Both the position numbers and the translations under genes were made by a program. DNA of 30,742 nt from Acanthaster planci. Its lineage: Eukaryota. The stretch is from assembly GCF_001949145.1 (NCBI RefSeq), contig NW_019091358.1, positions 62,001 through 92,742 on the forward strand, written 5' to 3'. Of the stretch, positions 9,207-19,923 are shown one piece after another; position 1 is the stretch's first letter, and every line of letters starts with the position of its first letter. The notes beneath the pieces were generated by a model. That model searched no databases. It worked only from the letters and a program-made list of their open reading frames with translations, and was not told the DNA's origin.

Positions 9207-12200
9207 CTTCAGCCAGCAGTTGCATCAACATAGGCAGCCAGGACAACCCAAAAGAAAAACCAACCACGGGCAGATGTACTCTAGTCTACATTCAAGTGTA
9301 GCGATGAAAACCAAATCTCTGCATTTGTCGCCAGAAATATGTGTGATTTGACAAAAAGAGCAGTATGTTGTGGAGGCTCACACTCGCAAGAGGAAAAAAG
9401 AAAGACTCACCATGTGTTCAACCATCGATGCAGACAGTTTAAAGCAAGCTACAAGGGACAACAACAACACAGCCCTTCTACTTCACATTGAGGACAAGGA
9501 TTGTGTGGCCATTGAAGTCAAGGAGCACCCAAAATGCTGCAAAGACTACACAAGGTATTTAGCCAAACAAAAGGCAGCCGAAACAGTAGATCACCGATAC
9601 TCAGTGGCATATTGTTTAATCACTCATCATTGACCAGACAAAGATCTACAGGATAACAAATTAAAGAGAATGTTTGTTGATCAGATTGAAATCAGCCATG
9701 GAATAGGTGCTCCCACCTATAAGACAGGAACTCTGAAAACCTGCCTGCAGAAAACATTCCCACAGCTCTTTATTCTCACACCCCACATTCAATTTCAAGG
9801 AGATGTTGTTTTTTTTACTGACATTGCCACAGAAACATTGCTGGTTGAATAAAAGGTCTGCCAAGAATCCATCCATGGCACAAGTATGAGTAATGAGTCA
9901 CGCAGTGATGATGAGGAACCACTCGCATCAACTCCACTGCCAGACTACAGAGGAAATAACAGCCTGAAAGATGGATTTATGCCAGCATTGTTGATACAAA
10001 ATGCCATGGCCCCCCACATCTGAGCACCTAACCACAAAAACAGCAGAAAACATGATACCTCGTGATCTATTCAACTTTCTCCCTTGGATAGTTGGTGCCT
10101 CTGAGGATCCTGAGGCTGATGCGTTTGTGAATGTACCAGATGCAACTCACAAGAAGACCCTTTCATTGGCTCAGGATATTAGTTGTCTGCAGGCAAAAGG
10201 AAAGACACAGACGCAAACACACTTGCCATTGCCTATGACTGTCCACCATTTGACTGGTTCAGCCAGTTAATTGGTTTGCTGCATGGATTTGGTCACTGCG
10301 TCTCCCACTCAGTCACATTTAATTTGACAGGAGTATTTAATACTAAATATGAACTCAGTTGGTGCTCCTTCATCACCAATACTGTCGGGAAAGCACACCA
10401 CTCTGGTTTAGGTCAGTTATGATTTCAGAGAAGAAACTCTAACAGGCCATAGAATGACACACAACACAAATGGCATTGTCATCCAGAGGCCCTCTTCATC
10501 TGACACAGTCACTACATTTGATGTGTCTACCAGTACATGCAGTGTAAAGCAGACATGAGCAAGGTCCATGCAGCCACCACCACCAAACCTGGCCACCTAC
10601 TCTGGAGTGAAGAAGGCAGGACCTGAATTCTTTGGAATCGGAATTTCTTTGGAGCTGTCAGCATGTGCACCATTGCTGAAGAGACCTGTAGAGAAACACT
10701 TTCCCTGTACTCTCACACGATTCAACATGGATGGCCAGTTGATACTGTCATGGACTAGATTCAACCAATTGCTCTCAAGTGTGGAAGTGCCACCCAAGTC
10801 TGTGATCGGTTATTTGCCTGGTATTGAGGCAAGCCATACCAAAATAAGCACAGTCCTGATAATACTTCAGAGAAGTGTTGCGATTGCACACAAGCTGGGT
10901 TTAGAAACAATAGTGATTGTTGTGGATCAGGCAATCTACTCCAAACTCCAGCTTAATAGATTGAGGAATGGAGTCTTCATGCCGAGATTAGTCATTTGCC
11001 TGGGTGCTTTCCACACTGCCCTGTCATTCATTGGGTGCATAGGCAAGCGCTTTCGAAATGGGGCCTCAAAAATATTCTGATAGAGTCTGATCGAGGTTGT
11101 TGCCAGTGGCTCAGTAAATGGTGTGATCATTGGTAAGCATTATAACAGATCAATTAGGGCATACAAGCTCCTGATGGAAGCCATGCAGCAAATGCAACTT
11201 GATGCATATCTACAGTAAAGACGCCAACAGAGTAAGGAAACTCATCACCAGCATGTCAGAAGATTTTCCAAGAGCGGACTATCCCAAGCATATGGAGAGT
11301 GATGAGTTCCACCAGCTTACTTTATTGTATCAACAATTCATTGAAACCGGCAGCAAAAAGCTCTCCTTCAGATGCTAGTCATCACACATGGACATGATTC
11401 AAATCCTTTTACTCTTCTTGAGATCCATCCAAATGGCCAACTCGTCTTGCAAGTGTAAGGGCAAAATTGCCGTAGACATTTGCTTATGATCACATCAACT
11501 ATGCCAGATACCTTCCTGCATACTGGCTCGAAATGGCTAATGTAGCAATGACCCATCCAACCATTCACAGAAGTTTCATGGAGGGAGATTTCACAGAAAA
11601 GCCAAAATGCCTTTACTCGGATAGCATGTGACCAGACCATTGAACAAACCGCCAACAGGGATTCCAAGACCAAAGGAGGAATGGTCGGAATAACCACTGG
11701 CAAAGGCACCATCAACAGATGGGTATGATCACATAATGCAAGAGGAGCTATCACTCGAGAGTGTGAGGATATGGCCAACAGAGGAGGGCATTCTTCTTCA
11801 CATAGTGACCTCTTTCCAAGTCAAATGAAGCGTGACAAAAAAAGAAGTCAAGGCAATAGGGGACACCACATACAACATTGTAAATCCATTTGATTATGAG
11901 GAAAGTGAGCTAATCCAGTTAACATTCGGATTAGGTGCCACAAATGATGTGCAGGAGGATGTATCTTCTGCCCATGATAGGGGCGATGCAGAGTTGTTCC
12001 AGCTGTGCAAGACATGATTGCAGACTAATGAGGTTGACTTACTCAGTCATATCAAGAAACTGAAATCAAAGACATTTTCCAGCATGGCCAAATACTTGAA
12101 GCAGAAAGTATGTGGAAATCAGGTGATTCTGCAAGCAGATCGCAATCTTCTGGCAAGGCTTGTTTTCACTAGCCAATACAGTGATATCAATCTCCAGGAA

Positions 12201-13059
12201 CTGTTGTTATTTCTCTTGGACCCCTGCCCCTCTTACTGGCCACTGAACAAGGATGCCTTCTCAAGACTAATAAGGCTAACCTACTATATGCCCTTGAAAG
12301 TCAGCCAGAAGAGAAGCTGCTCATTGATACAACAGCCGGTTGTGTTTATGTCATGGATGGGATGGCGTTGATTCAACAGGTTAAAGTGCCAAAGTTTCCA
12401 GGACAGCCAACATTCCTCAACTTTGCCCATATCATCCTGAAGAGGATAGTCAACAAAGCAAAGGCTAGCAATTCCTGCACAATACATTTTGTGATTGACA
12501 CCTATATGTACCAAAAGGTGTCAATTAAGAATCCAGAGAGGGCCAAACGAGCTGCAGGCCTGATCAAGTGACACAGGTTGCTGGTCAACAGCTCCCTCTG
12601 AACCAGTGGAAGAAGTTCCTATCAAACAGGGAAAACAAGGAATCTCTCATAGAGTACCTGTTTGACACATGGAGTAAGGTGAAGACATCAGAGCTGAAAG
12701 GAGTCTAGGTGTTTTTGGCGCATGATGACAAGGTTGATTGATGCTGACCAGACGGTAGAATTTGGCTGAAGTTCCATCTCTGCACTGAACACAGGAGGAA
12801 GCGGACATCCGGCTTTTTCTGCGTGCTGCTCATGCAGCCCTCACCAGCACAGATGTTGTCATCGTCAGTCCAGACTCTGACGTTTTTGTCATTGGTATCA
12901 CTTTGCAGCCTGCTATCAATGCACACCTGTATCTACAGACTGGGAGAGACATCAACCTGAGAACAATAGACTCGAAAATCATATTTGATTGTATTGCAGC
13001 AGATGTCAGTGATACCTTGATTGGCCTCCGCTGTTTCACTGGTTGTAACAGCGTCAGCT
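9207..13059 (+). pseudogene. Academ transposase plus XPG/PIN-like nuclease pseudogene (many stops and frameshifts, C-terminus missing)
   Basis: Motifs occur in the expected order: DCVAIEVKEHPKC, PWPP, TVHHLTGS..LIGLLHGFGHC, DFREETLTG..THNTNGI, IGYLPGIEAS, VVDQAIYSK, LGAFH, GKHYNRSIRA, DHINYARYL, DQTIEQTANRDSKTKGG, NPF, ADRNLLARL, DGMAL, SIKNPER, EEADIRL, SPDSDVFVI, FTGCNSVS. Confidence 0.85.
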
Positions 13060-14309
13060 GAAATTTGTGCTTTTGGTGTTTGTTATGTCAGCTTTGTTGA
13101 TGAATCATTTTAGACTACAGATGCAGATTTGCAAATATCTGTTAGAAAGCATTATAGAATGGGCCCTGCATGGGGTTAATATTGCTTCAGTTTTTCTATT
13201 CAGTGACCACCATCCGGGGTAAGGGTGAAAAGTTGATAAACGGGCCCAATGTTGCACATTAGTAAGAACCATTGTGCTAAAGTGTCGGCTAACATCAAGT
13301 GTACGTTCTAAAATATATTTTAACATGAATTGTATGATCTTATTTCAGAACACCTGGAGAACATTTATAGTTATGACAAAAACTTTGATATTTTAGTTCA
13401 AATTCCATTCTGAAAGCAGTTTGTATTTATTGTGGTTGAAAATATATAGCCAAAAATGAAGAAACAAAAATCAATAAATTTCCTGAAATGAATACAGAGG
13501 ATGCACTAATTAAATGCAATTTATATTTGATGTTTTTCGACAACACACTCCTTAAATTCTTGTGAATATTATGCCATAAATTTGTAAGTCAGCTTCACAG
13601 TGATAGATCCCACCGTTCTATAATTTAAACCTAACAGTGCTAAAACTGAAGCAAATTCAGAATATGGTGGAAGGAATATAATTATAATGGTGCCCCATGC
13701 AGTAGCAACAAGTGGTCACATACCAATGATGTATGTTTATGAAGAATATGAATTGAAACATTCTCTCAAAAGAATTTACGCCTTTTCCCTAATACTTCAG
13801 CTTGAAAGAAATATGCATTTACAAAGTTTCAAGGAAATACTTCTTCCTATATATTACTAAAATGAGCAATCCAAGTCAACTACCCAATAGCAAATCTTGT
13901 AAGAATGAAGTTCTCAATGTTTTCAAAAAAGAGGAAAACCTAATGAGTGACAAACATATAATACCCTAAGCAAGCATTGGTTGCTGTGATGACTGGAGGT
14001 TAGTCTTTGCATTTCAAGTAGTGAACATTAAACCACAATCTCTTCTGATTTTTCTTGAAACCACAACTCCTTGTAGAACATGGCTTTTACCCACAAGTTA
14101 TTTTCCCCTTCAAAGTGCAAATCACGAAAAGCTTTAGATCTCTCTGACTATTGTTTTCTTTACAGTTAAAGGATCCAGGAAATCAACTTTTCTCAGAATA
14201 CTTTTTTGTGTATCTCTGTACTCTTCTTTGATGTGTGAAGACTGTTTGACATCTTTTTCAATTTACTTGAACTGAATAGTGCACTTTTTCAAACATTAAA
14301 AATTGACCA

Positions 14310-14870
14310 AGCATTTCTGGACATGTGAGGGCGCTTTCGCTTTGATGTAAATCCAGGAAGACTCTCGGTTAGTGAAGATAATGGCCAAGACTGTCCATCA
14401 GGCAATAGTGTCCTTTGACGCCGCGTAAAAAGGGTTTCGTTGTGGTGACAAAGAGCTGGGGAATTAGATTCTCACAAGATACCATTTGATAGGCCGAACC
14501 GGACACAATCTTTTGTCAGAGTGGTCTTCTGAAGTCGGGAACGAATATGTCAGGAGGCCAGAAGGCAGGCGTCTGGTTTTTCATTAGGAATCCAATGGTT
14601 GGGATAAGACGAACCCCATGTGGCTCCCAGCGGATGTGACCATTGGCAATCGACAGGGTATGTAGCTCTCTACCTTGTCTTAATGTAACAAGGGCGTGTG
14701 CCACTCTGATGATTGATGTACGCCACTGTTTTTGAGGTATTGCTCTGGACTCGAGCAGAACAACCTACTAAGTGCTGTAGGAAGTGACGAAGAGCGTTGA
14801 ACACCCCTTGGAGTTCTAAAACGTTCATGTTTGCCTCGAGAGGCAGTGACCTACACCCTGGAGGCGCGAA
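14310..14870 (-). mobile_element. DIRS1-type retrotransposon remnant: RNase H fused by deletion to tyrosine recombinase
   Basis: RNase H: NMNVLELQGVFNALRHF...VQSNTSKTVAYINHQSGTR. YR: RELHTLSI...LIPTIGFLMKNQ...DKRLCPVRPIKWYL...SKDTIA*W. Confidence 0.85.
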
Positions 14871-15422
14871 GTGGAGAAAGAAAGGCTCCCCATCAGTATA
14901 GCAATGCATCTGTTATCACGGTCACATCCGGACTTGGAGGGACGAAAGTAAGGGCAGCCCACATGCAAAGAGAGGCTAAAGTATTTACTAAGAAATGAAT
15001 AATGAGCCTTGCTACATTGTACTATGTTCGAAGTGGACATTTGTATCCTTGAGTTAGAGGACTGCGGCCATTTCATTACATGCATGGGAAGTTAAGGTCA
15101 TTCCACATGCATTGCAAAACCAGAAAAACTGCAGGTAAGGAGTGTCTGAAGACAGGAGATCTCTCCATTATTTAAGAATCCAGATATCTTGTTTTATTTA
15201 GCATCCAAGTATTATAATATTCCCCTTTATTTGCTAGAACCAAAAAGGGGATGAGCAGGTAAAATGGTGGTATTGACAAAAAACTTGCCAAGTACATCTC
15301 TTTGTTTCGATAACACAGACGCAGATGGAAAGGCAACCATGGCAAGCCTCAACAAAGGTTGTTGTTGTTTTGTTTTAATGATGCTTTCAGCAACTCGGGC
15401 TATTTGCGCCAATAACTGTACG

Positions 15423-15639
15423 TTTATTCATTCACTTTATTAATCAGCATCACATTGCGGAGTTAGGAAGAAGGTCCAGCTTTAGAGGCAGGAGGAAACC
15501 GTAGTACCCGGAGAAAACCTGTGAGAGCGAGTATGGACTGGAAAGCAAATGCACTTAAAGCCTGGGCCAAGCCAGGACTCGAACCCGGGCTTCATTGGTG
15601 CAAAGCAAGGAAAGACCTGCTACGCTAACCCACTCCCCC
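15423..15639 (-). mobile_element. tRNA-derived SINE with V-SINE-like central domain
   Basis: A box TAGCGTAGCAGG (15627-15616), B box GGTTCGAGTCC (15585-15575), core GGTTTTCTCCGGGTACTACGGTTTCCTCC, and 3' tail AATAAAGTGAATGAATAAA. Confidence 0.85.
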
Positions 15640-16099
15640 TCGTTAACAGGTGGGCACCAACAGCAGACACACTTTTGCCGGACCTCGTAACATTCACAGC
15701 ATGCAAACTTTCGACACACCCACTTCGAAGGACTTCGTGTCCAGATAGTATGTGGGGCATGGCCAGCCCGAACAGAAAAATGTATGGAGAGCCTGGATTT
15801 ATTCGATGAAAGGAGCATGTAGGATTTGCGACTATGTGAAGTTCAGTGAACTCTGACACCCAAGGAGTAGATACTGAATTGAATTTATTAAGCACAAATT
15901 CTATTCAAAAAATAAAATGACTGCACGTTTGTGTATTGGACGGACTAACAGAGCCGGATGTGAAGCCGAAAATGAATCTGTAAGACGGAAGCAGAGCCTG
16001 TTATGTGAGGGGAATTTGGGTCAGGAGCAGTTGCTGGGGGAGTGGAGGTTGACTCGAGGCGACTGACTATAGTGGACAGCATTTCCAAGGGAGCGGACT

Positions 16100-17660
16100 G
16101 CCATCATCAAATTAGATGCAGCATTACATGTATCTTGCTTAGGTCTAGATTGAGATGTTTTAATTTGAACCCTGCAAAAGACGATTAGTGTTTACGCTTC
16201 TTATGTGAGGTTGATCCAACCGTAGAACCTGAAGGAAGAACCTGAAAGCCCAGGGCGTCAGCAGCATGCCCAGAATGCAGGCCATGATCGGCTGAAGCAG
16301 GCTGAGCTGCCAGGGAGCTGTGACGGAAGCACACTGGTCGGATAGCTCTAGCCGGTAGCCAGAAGCCTTGCCGACGAATGGTGTTCAAAAACCACGGCAT
16401 GCAGCAGGTAATCAGGTTCTGTAGCCCAAAATACGGTCGGTAAAGAGCCCCCATAGTTCAGTGGCGCCTCTGAATGGGCTGCCTCCAGAGACAATGGGGC
16501 GTCAACCCTAGGAATTGTGACGTCCAAGTCACATCTGAGTGAACTGCTGTGGAGTTTGACTGATGGGTGTAGTTCATGGTGTGTGGCAGTCGTTGTAGCT
16601 GGCCTGTGGCGATGAATAGACCTCTTCCATGGTAGGCGCTGGAAGTAGGGAGACTGCCAAATGACTTCAAAGCACGGGAACTTGAAGTGAATGTCAGCTG
16701 CCCAGACACGGTTAGTGGGAGAGTAGGCTGACTCGCCTTGAGTGCAGCGCCACTCTGCACTGATGTTGACTGCGATGCAGTGGTGACAGGGGGATCTGAG
16801 CATAGCCCAGTACCTGAAGTGTGGCGTAGCTAAACTTAACTGAACAGGGACAAGTCCTGTCAGCACAATGTAAGGCTGTGTGCCATGCGGTGCTGTAGAC
16901 TTGCCTGTGGTGGAAGGAGTGGAACACAGTGAACCCATTGCCTGCTTGGAGGGGGTAAGACTGGTCTGATTTCTAAGCAGAAGAAGCACGGCAAGCAGAA
17001 GCCGGTAAGGGATCAAGCAGGCCGAGGGCCGTCGCCCTGTGAGCCCCGCTGGGCCATTGGCAGGCAGGGTCACTCAGGGATGTGGTATGTAGCGACGCTT
17101 GACATCTGCAGGGTAAAGAAAGAGGAACACCTTGCTACACTCTGGTCAACCGTGATCAAGGGTGTTGTTGCAGCACGGCATACTTAACCCAATCTGTAGA
17201 TTATGCAGAGTGGACGCCAGTGATCAGAGTTGCAGCACAGCACGCTCAACCTGATCAATCCAAACAGTGGGGGTTGACGACCAAGGGTAGTGTTGCGGCA
17301 CAGCTTAGCCCGGTCAGGAGGTGTACGGATCAGTCAGTGATCAAGGGTAATGTTGCGGCACAGCATGCTCAACCTGATCAATTTCAGTAGTGGTCATTAT
17401 TGCTCAAGGTAGTGTTGCGGCATAGCATGCTCAACTTGGCCTATTCACTCCACCAGGGTCACTCCCCATCAAGGCTGTGAATCTCGGATAACGCAAAACT
17501 GCACCACAAAGGAGCAGGGCAGCCCACCAAGTCCTGTTCCACAGCCAGACCCATACAGCATTGGGCAGCTATTATTCACACGCATGCATCACAAAGAGAA
17601 CAAAGGGCAGCCAGTGAGCCCCGTTCAATGGCTGTAACAACGCACTACCATGGTAGGTCA
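16100..17660 (-). mobile_element. DIRS1-type remnant: gag-like region and start of RT
   Basis: A gag-like frame ends at 16458, followed by GG.L...PWFLNTIRRQGFWLP (cf. GGRL..F...W...WVL.TI..GY.L.F), then degenerate FY.....KK and LKHLNLDL (cf. LKxLNxxL). Same strand as, and collinear with, the 14310-14870 piece. Boundaries approximate. Confidence 0.55.
17154..17445. repeat. Five diverged ~60-bp tandem units, core GATCAAGGGTAGTGTTGCGGCACAGCATGCTCAACC
   Basis: Units start at about 17154, 17222, 17279, 17339 and 17402; periods 68, 57, 60, 63. Confidence 0.85.
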
Positions 17661-17677
17661 CATCCAAACCTGTAGAT

Positions 17678-18556
17678 CAGTGATGAAACTCAAAATTTTC
17701 AAATATCCTGAAATCCTCAAAACTATGGAATATCATGGTGGTTGTAATAATGCGAAGCGTGAAGCCCCTATGGCGTGGGGTCCAGGGCCTGCTTAAGGGC
17801 CGCGGGAAATTTTGGGTTGTAGAGGCTCTGTGGTGCAATCTGAGGCATTTTCTGGCACATTTTCCTGACATTTTCCTATGTTTACAGCATGAGATTAAGG
17901 TGAGATTTTTAGGCCTAAATTGAACAAGTTCGCGTAGTTTTTCAAGTCCTTCTTACCGGAAGAGCTGTACTTGAGTCTGTCCTTGCACCGTGGACAAATG
18001 GCATAACCCGGCTAGTCTATTTTCTGGACGTAATCCGACAAAAAATCTCGGGTGCAATCCTTCTCCAACCGTTTCCAACTAAAGACATTTCTGATATTTT
18101 TGTCGAAGTCTTTTATATTGTGGGACCAATTTAGCACTTTGTACATGTTGCCAATTGTTGGATGAAAAGCAGATTATTTCGCTTGACAGCTTGACATGAC
18201 ATATGGCTCAAAACAGAACATGTCAGATGAGTAGCAACGCACATGGCGCATGAGAGATCCAGCTTCTAGTATAATCTTCGTTCAAGGCGTTATTCTACCC
18301 AAAATGGAAGAGGGCCTTTTTTATATGCAGGCGTTAAGTCGTGTCCCTGTGTGATATGTCTGTAGATGGATCTGTTCTTTAAACTTCTTACATCAGCTCG
18401 TTCTGCTCGCAATTTTTACATGACACGGCACAAAATTTAGGCTAGCCATAACGTGTATTTTCACCAGGGACGGAAAATCAATGAAAATCCGGGAAACAGA
18501 TTTCTGCCACGCCGATATCCGGATTTCCGGATAAATCCGGGTAAGTTTCATCACTG
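17678..18556. mobile_element. hAT-like non-autonomous element (879 bp)
   Basis: Perfect 13-bp TIR CAGTGATGAAACT / AGTTTCATCACTG with subterminal ATCCGG/TCCGGA repeats. Internal GGGGTCCAGGGCCTGCTTAAGGGCC motif of a type I recall from echinoderm repeats. TSD only partial (GTAGAT vs TTAGAT). Confidence 0.7.
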
Positions 18557-18659
18557 TTAGATAATGCACAGACAAAAGGGGCAGAAAAGAACAAAAATAT
18601 GAAATATGAAAATAAGCACTCTCTTACCAACAGACAAGAAATCACTCTTTATTCGTAAA

Positions 18660-19750
18660 TAGAAATCAAGTCAATTCACAAACTCAAAAGGTTAAGGAAC
18701 TTGAAACTCCGAAAATGCCGTAAAGACCCGTCCGTAAATGATAGGTGCTGAGAAAAGGAGGAAGAACGTGGCGGTGGGGCCGCAGTGCATTGTGGAGGGT
18801 CAAGGGGCAATATAATAATCAGGTCTTTTCACCAAATTGTAATAGGCACGTGGGAAATGTAGGCTGGGCAGGGGTATGTGAACGCAGGAGACCACGTATA
18901 CAGGTGAATCTCATGGTCCAGAAATTATTCATACTCTATGCATGTGCACCATTTCCTTTTCGTTTTGACCAAAGAGATGTTCAGTCTTGTATGAAAAGAA
19001 ATGGGAGACCTTTGAGATGCTGGTGGCAGGAGGTATACCAGTCCTTTTTGCCAGCTTCAAGCAAGCACATGTAGTTGAGCATGCACACATTATCCTCAGT
19101 ATTTGCAGAACTGTGCAATTGGACCAATATGTTTGTTGCCACAAGCATCTCAAAGTCTGTGACTGTGTCAGCACATGAACTAAACAGTTGATAAAAACTG
19201 AAAGGAGTATTTAATGAATATTCAATAATGCACACTTGGTACATGAACTCGCAGATAACAGGCAGTGATTGTCTGGGTGATTTTTGTACTGCTGTGGATA
19301 CAATTACAAACAAAATGAGCCCCCACATCACTGCTTTAAATAAAAGAAAAGCAAATACCCCAGTCTCTCATTCGTGGTAGTGGGCAACCTAAGGAGTGGC
19401 TTAATCTTCTTCGGGATCAGAAACCCCATCCTCATATCCTCATCCTCATCATCTTCTTCAGGGTGAGCACGTCTGCTAACATTGCTACAGTTCTCCCTGA
19501 CACTCAGAGTTCTGTACTTGGAACATTCTGCAAACATATGCACGCGTTAGTGTTGCTGCATCTGTTCTTCTTGCAAGTCCCAGAACAGTAGGCCAACTCC
19601 ATGACACAATCTGGTTCAGGTGATAGGGTCATCCAGTCAATGAGGAGGTTGTCATTCTCCATCTTCCATCCATGGTGAAGAGGTTGTTGGATGTCTGGAG
19701 TAGCTCATAGATTTTTTTTATGTATGGCTGAAAATTTAGAACAATGTAGC
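18660..19750 (-). mobile_element. Academ-type 3' fragment (piece B): CXC/Cys8 zinc-finger end plus probable non-coding arm
   Basis: 19750-19430 reads LH..NFQPYI...ATPDIQQPLHHGWKMENDNLLIDWMTLSPEPDCVMELAYCSGTCKKNRCSNTNACICLQNVPSTEL*...NCSN, then an acidic tail EEDDEDED. Candidate TAG terminus at 18660 is weak evidence. Confidence 0.7.
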
Positions 19751-19751
19751 C

Positions 19752-19769
19752 ATTATTATTATTATTATT
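19752..19769. repeat. (ATT)n microsatellite at the break of Academ piece B
   Basis: ATTATTATTATTATTATT seen directly. Confidence 0.9.
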
Positions 19770-19923
19770 AAATATGTATGACATGTATTTGGTGCTGGAA
19801 GTTTCAAGCAATAACAGGCATGCAGATTATTGGAAAACATATAAATCAAGCACACACTGACCAAAGAAGATTTTGTATCTAAGGTCACTGCTAGGATTTT
19901 TAATTAGACATGTTATGCCTTAA

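Larger units (their letters stand above)
7860..13291 (+). mobile_element. Academ-type (AcademX-like) DNA transposon, decayed (piece A)
   Basis: Contains the transposase/XPG-like pseudogene. Probable element intron 7958 (GTATGT) to 9206 (TTTACAG). Candidate right terminus ...GTGTCGGCTA at 13291 (Academ ends read TAG...CTA). No matching left TIR found; left boundary approximate. Confidence 0.7.

Noticed and set aside
16348..17073. 241-aa ORF as a host gene
   Set aside because: It lies in decayed DIRS1 sequence, has no recognisable domain, and the motifs are in other frames.
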